NCBI GenBank assembly: GCA_905178155.1
Contig: CAJINV010000004.1
Location: forward strand, 4,071,555 to 4,135,554
Direction of reading: 5' to 3'
Source: Amoebophrya sp. A120
Taxonomy: Eukaryota > Protista > Dinoflagellata
Length of the DNA stretch: 64,000 nt
Below, piece after piece: positions 38,672 to 50,200 of this stretch (positions within the stretch are counted from its first letter, which is position 1; each line of letters opens with the position of its first letter). A program made the translations under genes and the position numbers. Under the pieces are notes generated by a model. That model saw only the letters and a program-made list of their open reading frames with translations. It did no database searches and was not told the DNA's origin.

Positions 38672-39667
38672 AGAAACAATGATATTAATATCAGCAGGTA
38701 GAACCTTGCAAATGATCTTCTGGTGCTTAGTTGCACTTATTGTAGGAAGTTTTCAGTAGTTTCGATGAAAATGAAATGTACTAGATGCTCGTCAGAAATA
38801 CACCTATGTTTCAGTTTGAAGTGAAATTCTTGTACTTCTCAATGTACGAAAGCGAACCTGGTCGTCGTGAATAAACTATCAAAAAGCTGAAGATGAAGTC
38901 ACGTGGAGTGGCTGCGGCTCCTGTCAACGACACGAGAAAAACCGGCGTTCTTGTACGTATATCGTCAGCATTTAGAAGATCTTCGGCACCTAGAAATACG
39001 CTTCGCATTCCAAAAGGTTCTTTCATGGTCCTGGTCGTCTTTTTCCTTTTTGTCCTCGTGAAGATTGAAGGAGTGACAACAAATAGGAGTTGCTTGCAAA
39101 AGCTGCGTGAGTGACGGGTCAAATTGGTTGAAGAGCTGCGAATGCACCAAAAAATCGTAGAGAGACTACGAGAAGCGATTGCAAAGCATGATCTGGTAAC
39201 CAAATGCGTGCGCGCGCGCGCGCAGAGCGCGCGCCGGCCCACGAAGCCGGCGCGCGCGCTCTGCGCGCTTGCGATATTGCTTAGCAAACGCAGCGCGAAG
39301 GCAGTTGCCGTTACCATATAGGGCAACCGCCGGGAGGCGTGAAGGTCAGGGAAATGGCCAGAAATGAAGCGGGAGAAGGGAAAAAAAGCGGACCAGATGG
39401 GAAAATGGCCAGGAGGTCAAAAATGTCGCAAAAATGGCAGAAACCAAGCGGGAGAAGGTGGAAAAAGAGCATTTTTGCGGTCTGGCCCACTTAGTATCTG
39501 AAAAAGAGGCGGACTATTTTTTGCTCCGCCCGCTGGCCAGCTGCGTTGGAGAAGCAGGCCCGCGACCTGTCCGGAAGCCTTGGGCCGCTTCGTAACTGGA
39601 AAAAGTTGGAAAAAAATGGCAAAAATTTGCTTCATAACGTGGGTGGAAGCAATCGTCGGATTTTGTC

Positions 39668-40015
39668 CAGATCACCCGGGCCGCTTGGAAAATGGGAAAA
39701 GAAGAAAAATCTTGCAAAAGCGCAATTCCTCCGCAGGCTTCGAAATTGCCAGTCAGCTGCGGTCGGTGAAAATGTGCAGATCGCCCGGGCCACTTGGAAA
39801 ATGGAAAAAGACAAAAAAATGCGCAAAAGCGCAATTCCTCCGCAGGCTTCGAAATTGCCAGTCAGCTGCGGTCGGTGAAAATGCCCAGATCGCCCGGGCC
39901 ACTTCAAAAATGGAAAAAGACAAAAAAATGCGCAAAAGCGAAATTCCTCCGCAGGCTTTGAAATTGCCAGTCAGCTGCGGTCGGTGAAAATGTGCAGGTC
40001 GCCCGGGCCACTTAG
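39668..40015. repeat. 109-bp tandem repeat, ~3.2 copies
   Basis: GCAAAAGCG(C/A)AATTCCTCCGCAGGCTT recurs at 39714, 39823 and 39932. Confidence 0.92.
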
Positions 40016-40275
40016 GAACCAAAAAAAAAGCAAAAATTAAAAAAAAACGAGAACCCTCGGCAGGCTTAGAAACTGGCCACCAAGGGTGGTCCGGCGGGCG
40101 CGCGCTTGCGCCGTACCATCGCGATTGGGAAAAAAAAACCGCACTAGAAGCGGGCGGGGGTATGTCACAAAATCCCTATTTGCCCTGGGTTGTGGGCAGA
40201 AATTCGGCATCTTCCCCGGGTCTGAAATGGCCGATTTTGGTGGCCCAGCCCGGGTTCTTTGGTTTGCGGTTTTCC

Positions 40276-40438
40276 ACATACCTTCCTGGCCAGGTGGCCA
40301 GTTTGTCAATCATGCAGGGGGCTAGAAAGGATGCCCCGCTGCGAAGTTGGATCCTGCCCCCCCTCTGGCCACATACCTTCCTGGCCATGTGGCTAGTTTG
40401 TCACGCAGGGGGCTAGAAAGGATGCCCTGCTGCGAAAT
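40276..40438. repeat. ~70-bp direct duplication, period ~94 bp
   Basis: CACATACCTTCCTGGCCA..GCAGGGGGCTAGAAAGGATGCCC occurs twice. Confidence 0.85.
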
Positions 40439-40444
40439 AGCAGA

Positions 40445-40591
40445 CCGGATTTCGCCTTCAATGCTTATCGCAGGAGCCTGCGGGCCGCCGCGGGCGACAG
40501 TAGTTGTCCGCGGCCCTTTAGGGCCGCGGGGAAGTGGTGGAGCCCGCGGCGGCCCGCAGGCTCCTGCGATAAGCTTTGAATGCGAATCCGG
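40445..40591. repeat. Long inverted repeat (~50-bp arms) with nested hairpin
   Basis: GCTTATCGCAGGAGCCTGCGGGCCGCCGCGGGC pairs perfectly with its reverse complement; the loop contains CCGCGGCCCT-TT-AGGGCCGCGG. Confidence 0.92.
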
Positions 40592-41299
40592 AAGCCCCCG
40601 ATGACCCGCGATAGATGGCAAGATTTACTTTAAGCTTAAGGGCCGCGGACAACACAGAAGAAGAAGTGGGATTCTAATTAAAAAGAAATGGTGGCGGCAG
40701 CCGCGCGGCGAAAGCGCGGCCCGCAGGGCCGCGCTTGCGCCGCGCGGCTGGTTTGGCTTTCGCGCTGGTTAGATTTTCGCGCACGCATTTGGTTACCAAT
40801 ATCGCCCTCCGGGCGCGATCTTCATATCGTGTGGCGCATGGTGCTATCGAATTCGAAAGCGCATCCGCAACATGTACATGCGAATCAAATATTAAAACAA
40901 AATCAAAATTGCTCGTCGTTTTGCTTCTTCGCTTTTCCTTGGTCGTCGTGGTTCTATTCGTGTGCTCATCACGCTTACTCAAAGACCGAAGTGCAATATT
41001 CAGACCTCAGCTGGTGCCATCTGAAATTTCTTACGATGTTGAAGCATCATCAGGACGAACGGAACTGGAACCTCCGCCCGGCGACGTACCATAGTTACTT
41101 AGTAGAGCTTTTTTTGAAGTGTACCTCTACCTGTACTTTATCAAGTTCTTCGTCTTGTTTCTCTATATAAACTTTTTCGTTTTTGATCCTGGTAAGCGCT
41201 GTCCCTTCCTATGTTGAAGATGTTGCCTTCACGCTTTCTAGCGGCCTCCTGATCGCACCACCAACAGAGAAGAATTAGAAGTAGCCTGCCACTAACGCT

Positions 41300-44200
41300 A
41301 TGCCGCTGATCGCCTACTCCACGGAGTACACCGTGGACTATGGCCGGGCCCAGCAGGCTGGCGCGGCCGTCCTGGGCAACGCCGCGATTGCGCCGGTTGC
41401 CGACAAGTTCCGGGCGGGCTATGACAAGGTAATGAACGCGATCTCCGGGGCCGTCTGCTCCAACCAAGACCAGCTCCTGGCCGACCCGGTGATCCGGAGC
41501 ACCTGGCTGCAATCCGGGTTGGACCCCAACATGCAAATGACAGATTCCGCTGCCAACGGGATCTGCGGCCCGGCACCCCATATAGACGAGCACATGGCGC
41601 GATCTCTGTCAATACCCCGGGAGTGCAAGAACTACGTGGTGCTGCGGGCGCAGGCGGGTGAGTACGCAAAGTCTTCGATGATGGCGGATCCTGTGACTGT
41701 CGACGAGGAAAGAGACAGCGCGGAACAGGCAGCAGAGCAGGAACTTGAACAAAAGGAAGGACACGATGCAAAGCACGGTAGCGCAGCTGGAGATGATAGT
41801 ACCTCGGTGGGTGCTGCTGGTGCAGCAGAAGGTGGAGGGGCTGGAACAGACGGCGTTAAGCAGGACGCACCAGCGACAGGAGCTGGGACAGATGGTGCGG
41901 CGCAGACTTCTGAGCTCGAACTTTCGCGGGTTTCTAAAGTGCGCGGAACTGGTGGCGGTAGTACAAGCTTGTTATCTTCCGGGGGTGGTCGAGAACAAGA
42001 TGGAGATGGTTTTTATGCTGTAAAAACAAGTGGCTCAACAGATGAAGCACGTCGGTCCACTTCGTCCTTCGCAGATGGCGGGGACAGCGGGAAGAACCCA
42101 GACGAAATGAAAAACGGGGACACTGGTGGCGGGGACGGCAACGATGAAAATCAAAAACAAACTGCTGAACAAGAGAAACCTCAACAAGAACAACAATTGG
42201 ACCACGACCACGTCGAGAACCAGCAAAAAAATGAAAAGCAACAGCACGCCGCAGCCGTTCTCGAAGAGGAGGCCAAGGAGCAAGAGATCTCCGTAACGGA
42301 CGGCCAAGTCGCGGAAGAGGAACGGCAGGCAGAGGAAAGTTTGAAGGCGGAAAATACCCAAGATGAAAAACCCCCGACAATCGAGGAGATGTATGAGCAC
42401 GACGTGCCGCCAAACGTGAAACAGCAGCTCCTTGACGAACTGGTGAACATGCGCGCTTTCGTCGCCCAGGAGAAGCTCGCGGGCTACGAATACCGAAAGT
42501 TGGAGTCTTTGGAAAAGCTGTTCCGTCGGAACGATGAGTTCTCCGTGCTGAGCAAACCGAAGAATTTCGATGCATTTTATCCAGTGCAAATATGTCTGGG
42601 TCTGGAAGAATGCAAGGTTTGTCATGCAGGTTTTCCATGACCCAGGAGGCCTGGAATGCAGCACGTAGCATGACAAATTCAGTGAGATCTCTATCTTGCC
42701 TATCCTGCATGAGAAATTCCCTCTCAACTGGGTAAAAAAGGACGGCTGTTGGTAATCACGCAGTACAGATTAACTGCATGACTCAGATTTAGTATGACAA
42801 GTTCCAACCTTCCAGACATATTTGCAATGCATACATTTTACGAAGATTTGAAATCCAAGTTCGGCGAGGAGAGCACCGAGCCGCAGTTTACGGTGAAAGT
42901 TCCCGGCTTGGGGTTTGACCCGGGCTTCAAAATGCCCGAAATCAGCGTGCAGCAGCCCGATTGGCTGCTGCAAATTACCGCACCAGCGCTGGCCGCTCTG
43001 AAACTCCAGGTGGATCTGCAGCCGCCGGAATTTTACGACTTCATGCTCGACACGTTTGGCATCGACATGAAGTTGATGAAGCTCAACATCGACGGCCTGC
43101 AACTCGCCTTGACCCCGCCTTTGACGTTTGGGAAGCTGCAGGCGTGGGTGGACGGCCTCGAGGCGCCCGGGGTCCCGGGGCTGAAGGCGCCGGGGGTGCA
43201 CATGCCGACGCTGGAGAACTTTTTGCCCGCGTTGAAGAATTATTTCGGCGGCTTGGAGAAGCTCCTGGACATCAACTTATTGTTTGAAAACCCATTGGAA
43301 TATCTGAAGGCTTTGTCCCTTCCGGAGGATTTGCTGCCCTCGTTGGAAAAATTCAAGATGAACATGGGCGAGACCACCGACTTGTTGAACCAAGACTTCG
43401 CCGGGGGTAGTGGCGCCTTGCAGTCCGCGGCGGGGAGTGCGAGTCAGGGCATCAGTAGCGCCCTCGGGGGGCAGATGGGCGCCATGTTTGTCGAGCTGGC
43501 GCGGACACGGAATCTTCCGATGGGAGGGAGCGGTGGAAATACGGTTTTTTTGAAAGAGATGCAGTACCAGGATATTGTGCTTGGCCGGCAACATAAAAAT
43601 CTGCGTCATGGAAGTCTGGTGGCGGTCCCAGAGGACGAAGTACTACAACAAAGTCCTGGAACTACGACGACTTCGTTTGCAGGCCGTGGCGCAGCAGCGG
43701 CTTCTTCGGGCACCAGTACTGTTTCCGTTTCGTCATTGACGCTTCCAAAGAAGACTGGCACGGCCACCAACCAGGACAGGAGCCGAGAGCATCATGATTC
43801 TGCTTCTAGTCATAAAGGTGAACCTCTCACAAAGCCAAAGCATTACGACCACCATCACCGTGCCCGCCATCCACCCCCAGGTCTGGTCCATAACCGCGCC
43901 AGGTTCATCCGCCCCCACTCGTATTCGATACCGGGAAAGCAGCTCGTCGAGCTGGCTCAGAGACGAAGGACAAAACACGACGACGCGGCTTCGCAAAGCG
44001 GAAACAAGATGTCCGCTCCGGGCACGAGTTTTGACGATCAAGGAAGCACTGACAAGCAGAAGGAACAAGCCCCTGCTGCTGCTCGTGTGGACCCGAAAAC
44101 GCTGACCGATGAGCAGCTTGAAGCGATGTTTGCGAAGACGGAAGCGCAACAGAAACTCGATGAAGAGATCGCCGCGGCTGAAGCCAGCGCGAAACAACAC

Positions 44201-47200
44201 GAGCTCGAGTACGGGGAAGCGAAGCGATATATGCAGTGCCTCGGGGCCATGTTTAAAGAAGAGAAGCCGGACAACGTGACCCCGTTTCTCACCGCGGTGA
44301 AAGCGAAACCTTACCTCAACGGAGAAAAGTGCGGACCCATTCACCTCCGCGACCAGAAAGAGCTAGAGCAGTTCGCGCGAAAGCACACGGAACGGCTGAT
44401 CCGCGCGTACCGCCCGCTGTACGTACGCTGCCGAAAGCACCAGAATGTCGAGGATAAGGTTGGGGAGCGGGAATTCCCGGAGTCGTACAACCGGAACTGG
44501 GAAAGATTTACCAGAACTGACGAAGAAAAAGAGGCGTTGAAAAAACAGGCGCAGGACAAGGCGGTCGAATCCCTCGAGCGGACAGAGGAACGAGACCTCC
44601 TTTTGGACGGGGAGGAAGATTTTGTGCAGCCGGTGGACGGGGAGCCAGACCGACTGACCGATAACTTCTCTTTGCTCGCGAAGGAAGTGAAAAAGTGCGA
44701 AGAAAGCGGGATGCTGGACCCAAGTTCCGCGGTGCAAAAAAAGGCGGTGCAACGACTGGTCACCGGGGCGAACAACATGGTGGGGATCGGGGGGCACAAG
44801 AAAGATTGCTTGGAGGTACGAGGAAGTACGTGCTGTTGCATAGGTGTGCACATTCTCATTCAGTGGTTGAGCTCGTTTGTATTGAAAATGCACGGTTCTG
44901 GACGTGGAAGTCGTAGAAAAAATGGTCCACAATCATAAAACCCGATGAATTACAACAAACATCAAAAATAAAAAATACGACATCACAGCTCTACGGCAAA
45001 TTTACGGAGGCAGTCCGGCTGCGCGAAACCATGCCCGGCAACCCGTCGCTGCACGACGCCGACTATGAATTGCAAAAGTATCGTACTCGTATAAATGCAT
45101 TACAAATTTCCTCAGCATGAGAAATAAAATTTGTAATGCGGATTTGACTTAACAAAAAGATTTGTAATGCATGATTGCAATACGAACGCGATGCTTTTGC
45201 ACAGGATACCGACAGCTTTTTCTCGGACCAGGAGCGAGAGAACGCCCAAGTGCTCGTGTCCAATGCAAATATGTCTGGGTCTGAAAGAGTACAAACTTGT
45301 GATGCGCATTTCAGAACACCGAATAAATCATGCATAGGCAGCAAAACTTGCCGGCCCACTTTCTGTCACCAAAATGGGGGATTTGTCATGCGGACTCGGC
45401 ATTGCGAGCGCTTCTCCTCGAACCCTGTGATGCTAGAGCTTTCATGCCACACCTTCTGTGTCATGCAACAACAGCATGACTCTTCCAGACCCAGACATTT
45501 TTGCATTTGATAGCTTGTGTCTCGCGACAAAGAAGGCCGGTGGGTGAAGGCCCCAGCTGGGGAATTTCCGGAGTTCCAGGACACTGATGACGCCGTCGAC
45601 CACTTTAGCAGGGTTTCCGGCGACTTCGTCGAGATCCGCAACCCGGACACAGACATTGCCCGGATTCCCGCCGCCTGCGCGTCCGCAGACGAGCCCTACG
45701 ACTTCGAATTTTGGATCTCGCAGCCGAAGGGACGGAGCATTGACTGGCCGGTGTATGCAGTGCAACAGGATACTTAGTGTATGATCCTACTCGTACGCCT
45801 ACTGACTGCAGTTCTTATGCAGGACACAATACCTGAAGATCCTGAGTCAGCTTCTGCATTACAGGCCCCGCATCTTAAATGCATTTCGTACTAGAGTAAG
45901 GTGAAAAAACTTTACATTTTGTAATGCATACCGTGCACCAGGAGCAGATCCAGGCGGAGCGGGACGAGACCCTGGATTTTGGGATGCAGCAGTTCAAAAA
46001 GTTCGAAAAAGCGACGGAACCGATCGAGGACAAAGCGAAGGAAAGTTTGAAATTGTTGGATAAGGAAGCTAAGATGAATATGGGGCAGAAAATCCTCGAC
46101 AGGTACCAATACGAGTATGAGAAAGAGGTCGGGGAGTTGTCTTCCGGAGCCACTAACTCGTCCACCGGAACTACAAATCAAGGCCCTTTATGCGAGGACG
46201 AATTCTTGCCGTACAACGGAGATCGCGACCCTGAGATCGACGACGGCTTCCAGCATTGTCCTAACCCGGACCGCCCCTTTGTCCTGCCGGGAGAACAAGC
46301 GCGCTGCGCGGACCCCGCGGAGTGTGGACCGGGAGACCAGAGTGTGTGCTGCGGTCCAAAAAGCGCCTTGGATCTGTTCGCAGAGAAGACGCAGTTTGAA
46401 AAATTGATGCAGGACGAAGACGTGCCCACCGAGGAGTTCGCAGAGGAAGTCCGGCGCTTTGCCGGCAGACACCCGATGTGGCTCGCGAAAGTAGAAGAGA
46501 CAGAGCCACCAGACGTCGCATCGGTTCCTGTTGTAAATGGTAAGCCGGACATCAGCGAGACAGTGCAGAAAATGGACGGAATTTTGCTGAACGTCAAGGA
46601 GAAACGTATCGAAGTGGAGGAAATGCGAAAACTATCCTGTGCAAAAGTATCGTACTCGTACTAATTGCAGATATGCATGACAAATCCAACTTTATACCTG
46701 AAATAGCATGACAAATTGACAAATTGACTTTTTTTCTTGGGAGAATTTGTAATGCATTTTATACTACTTAGTACGATGCTTTTGCAATGCATAAAAACAC
46801 GACATCGACAATCTCATCGGGGATCGAGACCGGCCGCCGGACTTGACGACTGCGGACAAACACGCCAAGTACCACAGTTTCCGCCGGAAGTTTGAGCACG
46901 CGTTCGCACGAGCGCAATTCACGGCGAAAGATGTGCTATGGAAGCTGGAAGATAACCCGCCACCTCCACCGGAGGTGGACGATGTTGAAAAAGGGGAAGA
47001 TGTTGACGATGCCCTGATCGGAAACGAAGGCGACAACGATGCAGATGACGATGCTGGTGATGATGCCGATGCGGCAGACGGGGCGGCGGGAGACAGCGTT
47101 GAAGGCGGAGATGAAGGGGCGGACGCGGGTGGGGATGAAAATGAGCCCGGTGGTGAACAAGAGCCTGGTGGTGCCGCCACCTCAGCGTTGCAAATTTCAA

Positions 47201-50200
47201 TGTCGAAAGGAAAAGAACAAGCAACGCATGATGGGGCTGCTGATTTCTTCGGCAAAAGGAAAATTACTATTACAGAACGGGGCGGGCCTGTAGCAGGAAA
47301 TATGCCGGGACTGGACCAAGTTCAGAAAACAACAACAAACTTTGCGGATGACACCACTAGTACGGGAGATGTGAAGGATGATGATGCGGCAGGAGCTGCT
47401 GCCGGGGGTGACGACGCAAACAGTACGGGCACAACTGATGATGCGAACGGCACGGCAGACGATGGTGATGCGGATGCTGCAACTACCTCAGCCAATGGAC
47501 AAGAACAACAAGCTGCTGTCAAAAATGCCGTGGACTATGGAAGTGTCAGGATTGAAATCGTCAAAGTTGAAATAGTTTGCGATGCATAAAATGCAACCCA
47601 CAAAATGCCTGTCTTGCAGAGTAGGCAAGGGAGGCCGATTGTGAGCCTGTTTAGGGTTTGAAATAGAGCTGCTAAAGTGGCATGACAAAAGCAGTCTCCT
47701 GTGCCCAAACAGCATGACAAATTGGATTCCGGTGCTCGGAAAATTTGTCATGCGCCGCTTGATAAGTGGGCTTTCGACTGGTATTGGTTTTATGCATGAC
47801 AATAACTATTTCAACTTTGACGATTTCAATCCTGACACTCCCATATGGACGATGCGAAGTCTAAGCCTCCGTTTCAGTTTGTGAACCTGCGCAAAATCCA
47901 CCATCTCGAGATTCAGAACTCGCAGTGCAAGGCCGGGAAATACTTCCTGCACTGCGCGCCGAGGGACATGGAGAAGAATAGGAATGAGTACAAGTGCAAA
48001 TTTCTGTACCGGAGTCCTTTACCAAGTAACGAAGAAAAGTCCCACCGGACGTACGAATACCCGCCGAAGCCGGGCGTTATCTGCAACGACTTCCACACAG
48101 AGAAGGATTGCCCGGGCCTGACGTGCGAGTGGGACGGGAAGAACCAGCGCTGCGGCACGCGGTGCGGGCGGCTGTTCGGGTCGAGGAAACATCTGTGCAC
48201 GCGCGTCCGCGGCTGCCAGTGGAACGAACGGATGGAGAAATGCCAGAACGTGTGTACCCGCGCCTCCGGGCCGGAAACCTGCTCGGCGGAAGCGTGCACC
48301 TTTGACGAGGCACAGAACGTGTGTCGGGACGCGTGCCACACCTTCCCCGACGAGGAGCACTGCGGCAAGCAACTGCAGTCCAGCCACTGCCACTGGGACC
48401 CGCAGGTGAACGGCGTGGGAGCCTGCGTCGACAAGGAGGGGTGCCAAAGTCCCCCACAACCAGACTTCTGCCGGGAGAATTGCGGGTGCTGGGCGACCCG
48501 GGTGGAAGGGGCGAAGCAGTGGGAGAATACTTGTGGAAATTTGATCACAAAAGAAATCCAGGTGAAAAGATTCATCAATGCCGATCCCGAGTACGTGAAG
48601 AAGATGAAAAAAATTCATGGGGAAAATTGGACTGCACCTACCGACTGGGAGCTGCTGCGCGACGTGGCGAAGCAGATAAAACATCAGCACCCGGTCTGCA
48701 CGTGTCAACATTGCGGGGGGAAATACCACGACGGGTACACTTTTAGCCACAAGGGCCACTTTGAGCACGGGTTCTTGTTCGGGCGCGTGGACAAGGAAGC
48801 GGACTGCGCGGGGCATTGTGACGGAGACACCGGGGGCAACTTGCACTGTGTCGGCTTCACGTTTGACCCGAAAAATCACTGGTGCTATCTGTACGCGAAC
48901 AAGATCGAGGTGCTGGGCCGGAATAAGCCACATGAAATAGCAGCTGATGTTGACGCAGGAGCTGGGGCTCCTGGTGCGGGGGCTGATGATAATGGTGCAG
49001 CAGGAGGAGCTGCCCAACAAGAAGGTGAACAAGAGGGGGGAATACACAAAGAGCAAGGAGGAGCCGGAGATGGAACTAATAATACGTCGACAGAACAAGG
49101 CGGCGACGGAGGTGGTGCTGCACCACCGGCAGGAGGAGATAACAATGCTGCAGATGAGGGGCAGAACCAGGAGAAGGGAGCTACAGGTGGCAAGAAAAAT
49201 AACGACGGCGATACCTCGTCCTCTCAGTTGGAGATCGGACGCGCTCGAGAAGTGACTGCGTTCGCTGCAGATGGAGATGGCGGAAGTGAGACGAAAAATG
49301 GCGGAGATGATGATAAAAATGCAACTAAAGATGAAATAGATGAGAAGCCCGCTGGTGCAGTTGCAGGTGGTGCGAACGCCGGTGATGATGAAATAGATGA
49401 GAAGCCCGCTCCTGCAGTAGTACAACCCCCGTCCGGGAGCAATCTGGAGCACTTCCTGAACGAGTACGAAGATGAGATGGACGATGTAGTAGGCTCGGAG
49501 ACGAGCGGCCCCCCACGTACCTTTCTCAAATGCGCCCCGCGGTTCTGCGACGTGAAACACCACGACGATCGCTACGGGGTCGCGGGTGGGCTGTGTCGCT
49601 GCCCGGGCAGCGGCCAGTACCACTGGGTGGGTGACGCGAAAACCTTTTGCGGCACCCAGCCGCAGAAACAGCCAAAGTGGACGCAGCGGTTTGAAATTGA
49701 TCACGAACCAGCAGAAGACGGTGAACAAAATAAGGATACCGAGGGAAACGAAGAAAAGCCCCCGAAAGAGCCGAAAGTCGACACGTGCATCGGCGGCCAG
49801 ACGCTGGGCGACACGTGTCACTTGCTGACGCCGGGGGATAAACCCCGGAAATGGAGCGGGAACGCAGTGACCTGCTCCGCTTCGAAAAAATTCGAATGGG
49901 AAAAGGCTTTTGTCGGGGTGGCCGGGCAACCGAACCGCAAGCCGTGGGTGGACCCGGAGGTGGTGGAGACGATTTATGGGAGACAAATTTTGTTCCGTAA
50001 ACGACGTACTATGACAAATAGATTTCGCCAACTTTTTCGAAAGTGCCTCTTGTCATGCGGAATAGATTAGCAGGAAATAAGCGAAAGTCGTGCAATTTTG
50101 CTTAATGTAATGCAGAAACCGCATGGGGATGGGTGCGTCTGCGTCGTCGTATGCGGCAAATTTCTTGTGGAAGCGATTGGGAAGCAGGAGACCAAGCCCG

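Larger units (their letters stand above)
39194..40798. mobile_element. 1.6-kb non-coding element bounded by a perfect 21-bp TIR
   Basis: TGGTAACCAAATGCGTGCGCG (39194-39214) is the exact reverse complement of 40778-40798. Interior has subterminal GC hairpins, tandem repeats and a long palindrome. No clear TSD. Confidence 0.7.

Noticed and set aside
39668-40015. Possible CRISPR-like array
   Set aside because: Contiguous 109-bp near-identical units without unique spacers, in a eukaryotic context with no cas genes.
48019-50031. 670-aa minus-strand ORF and other long antisense ORFs (e.g. 14661-15917)
   Set aside because: Antisense shadows of GC3-rich + strand coding exons; no recognisable domain.
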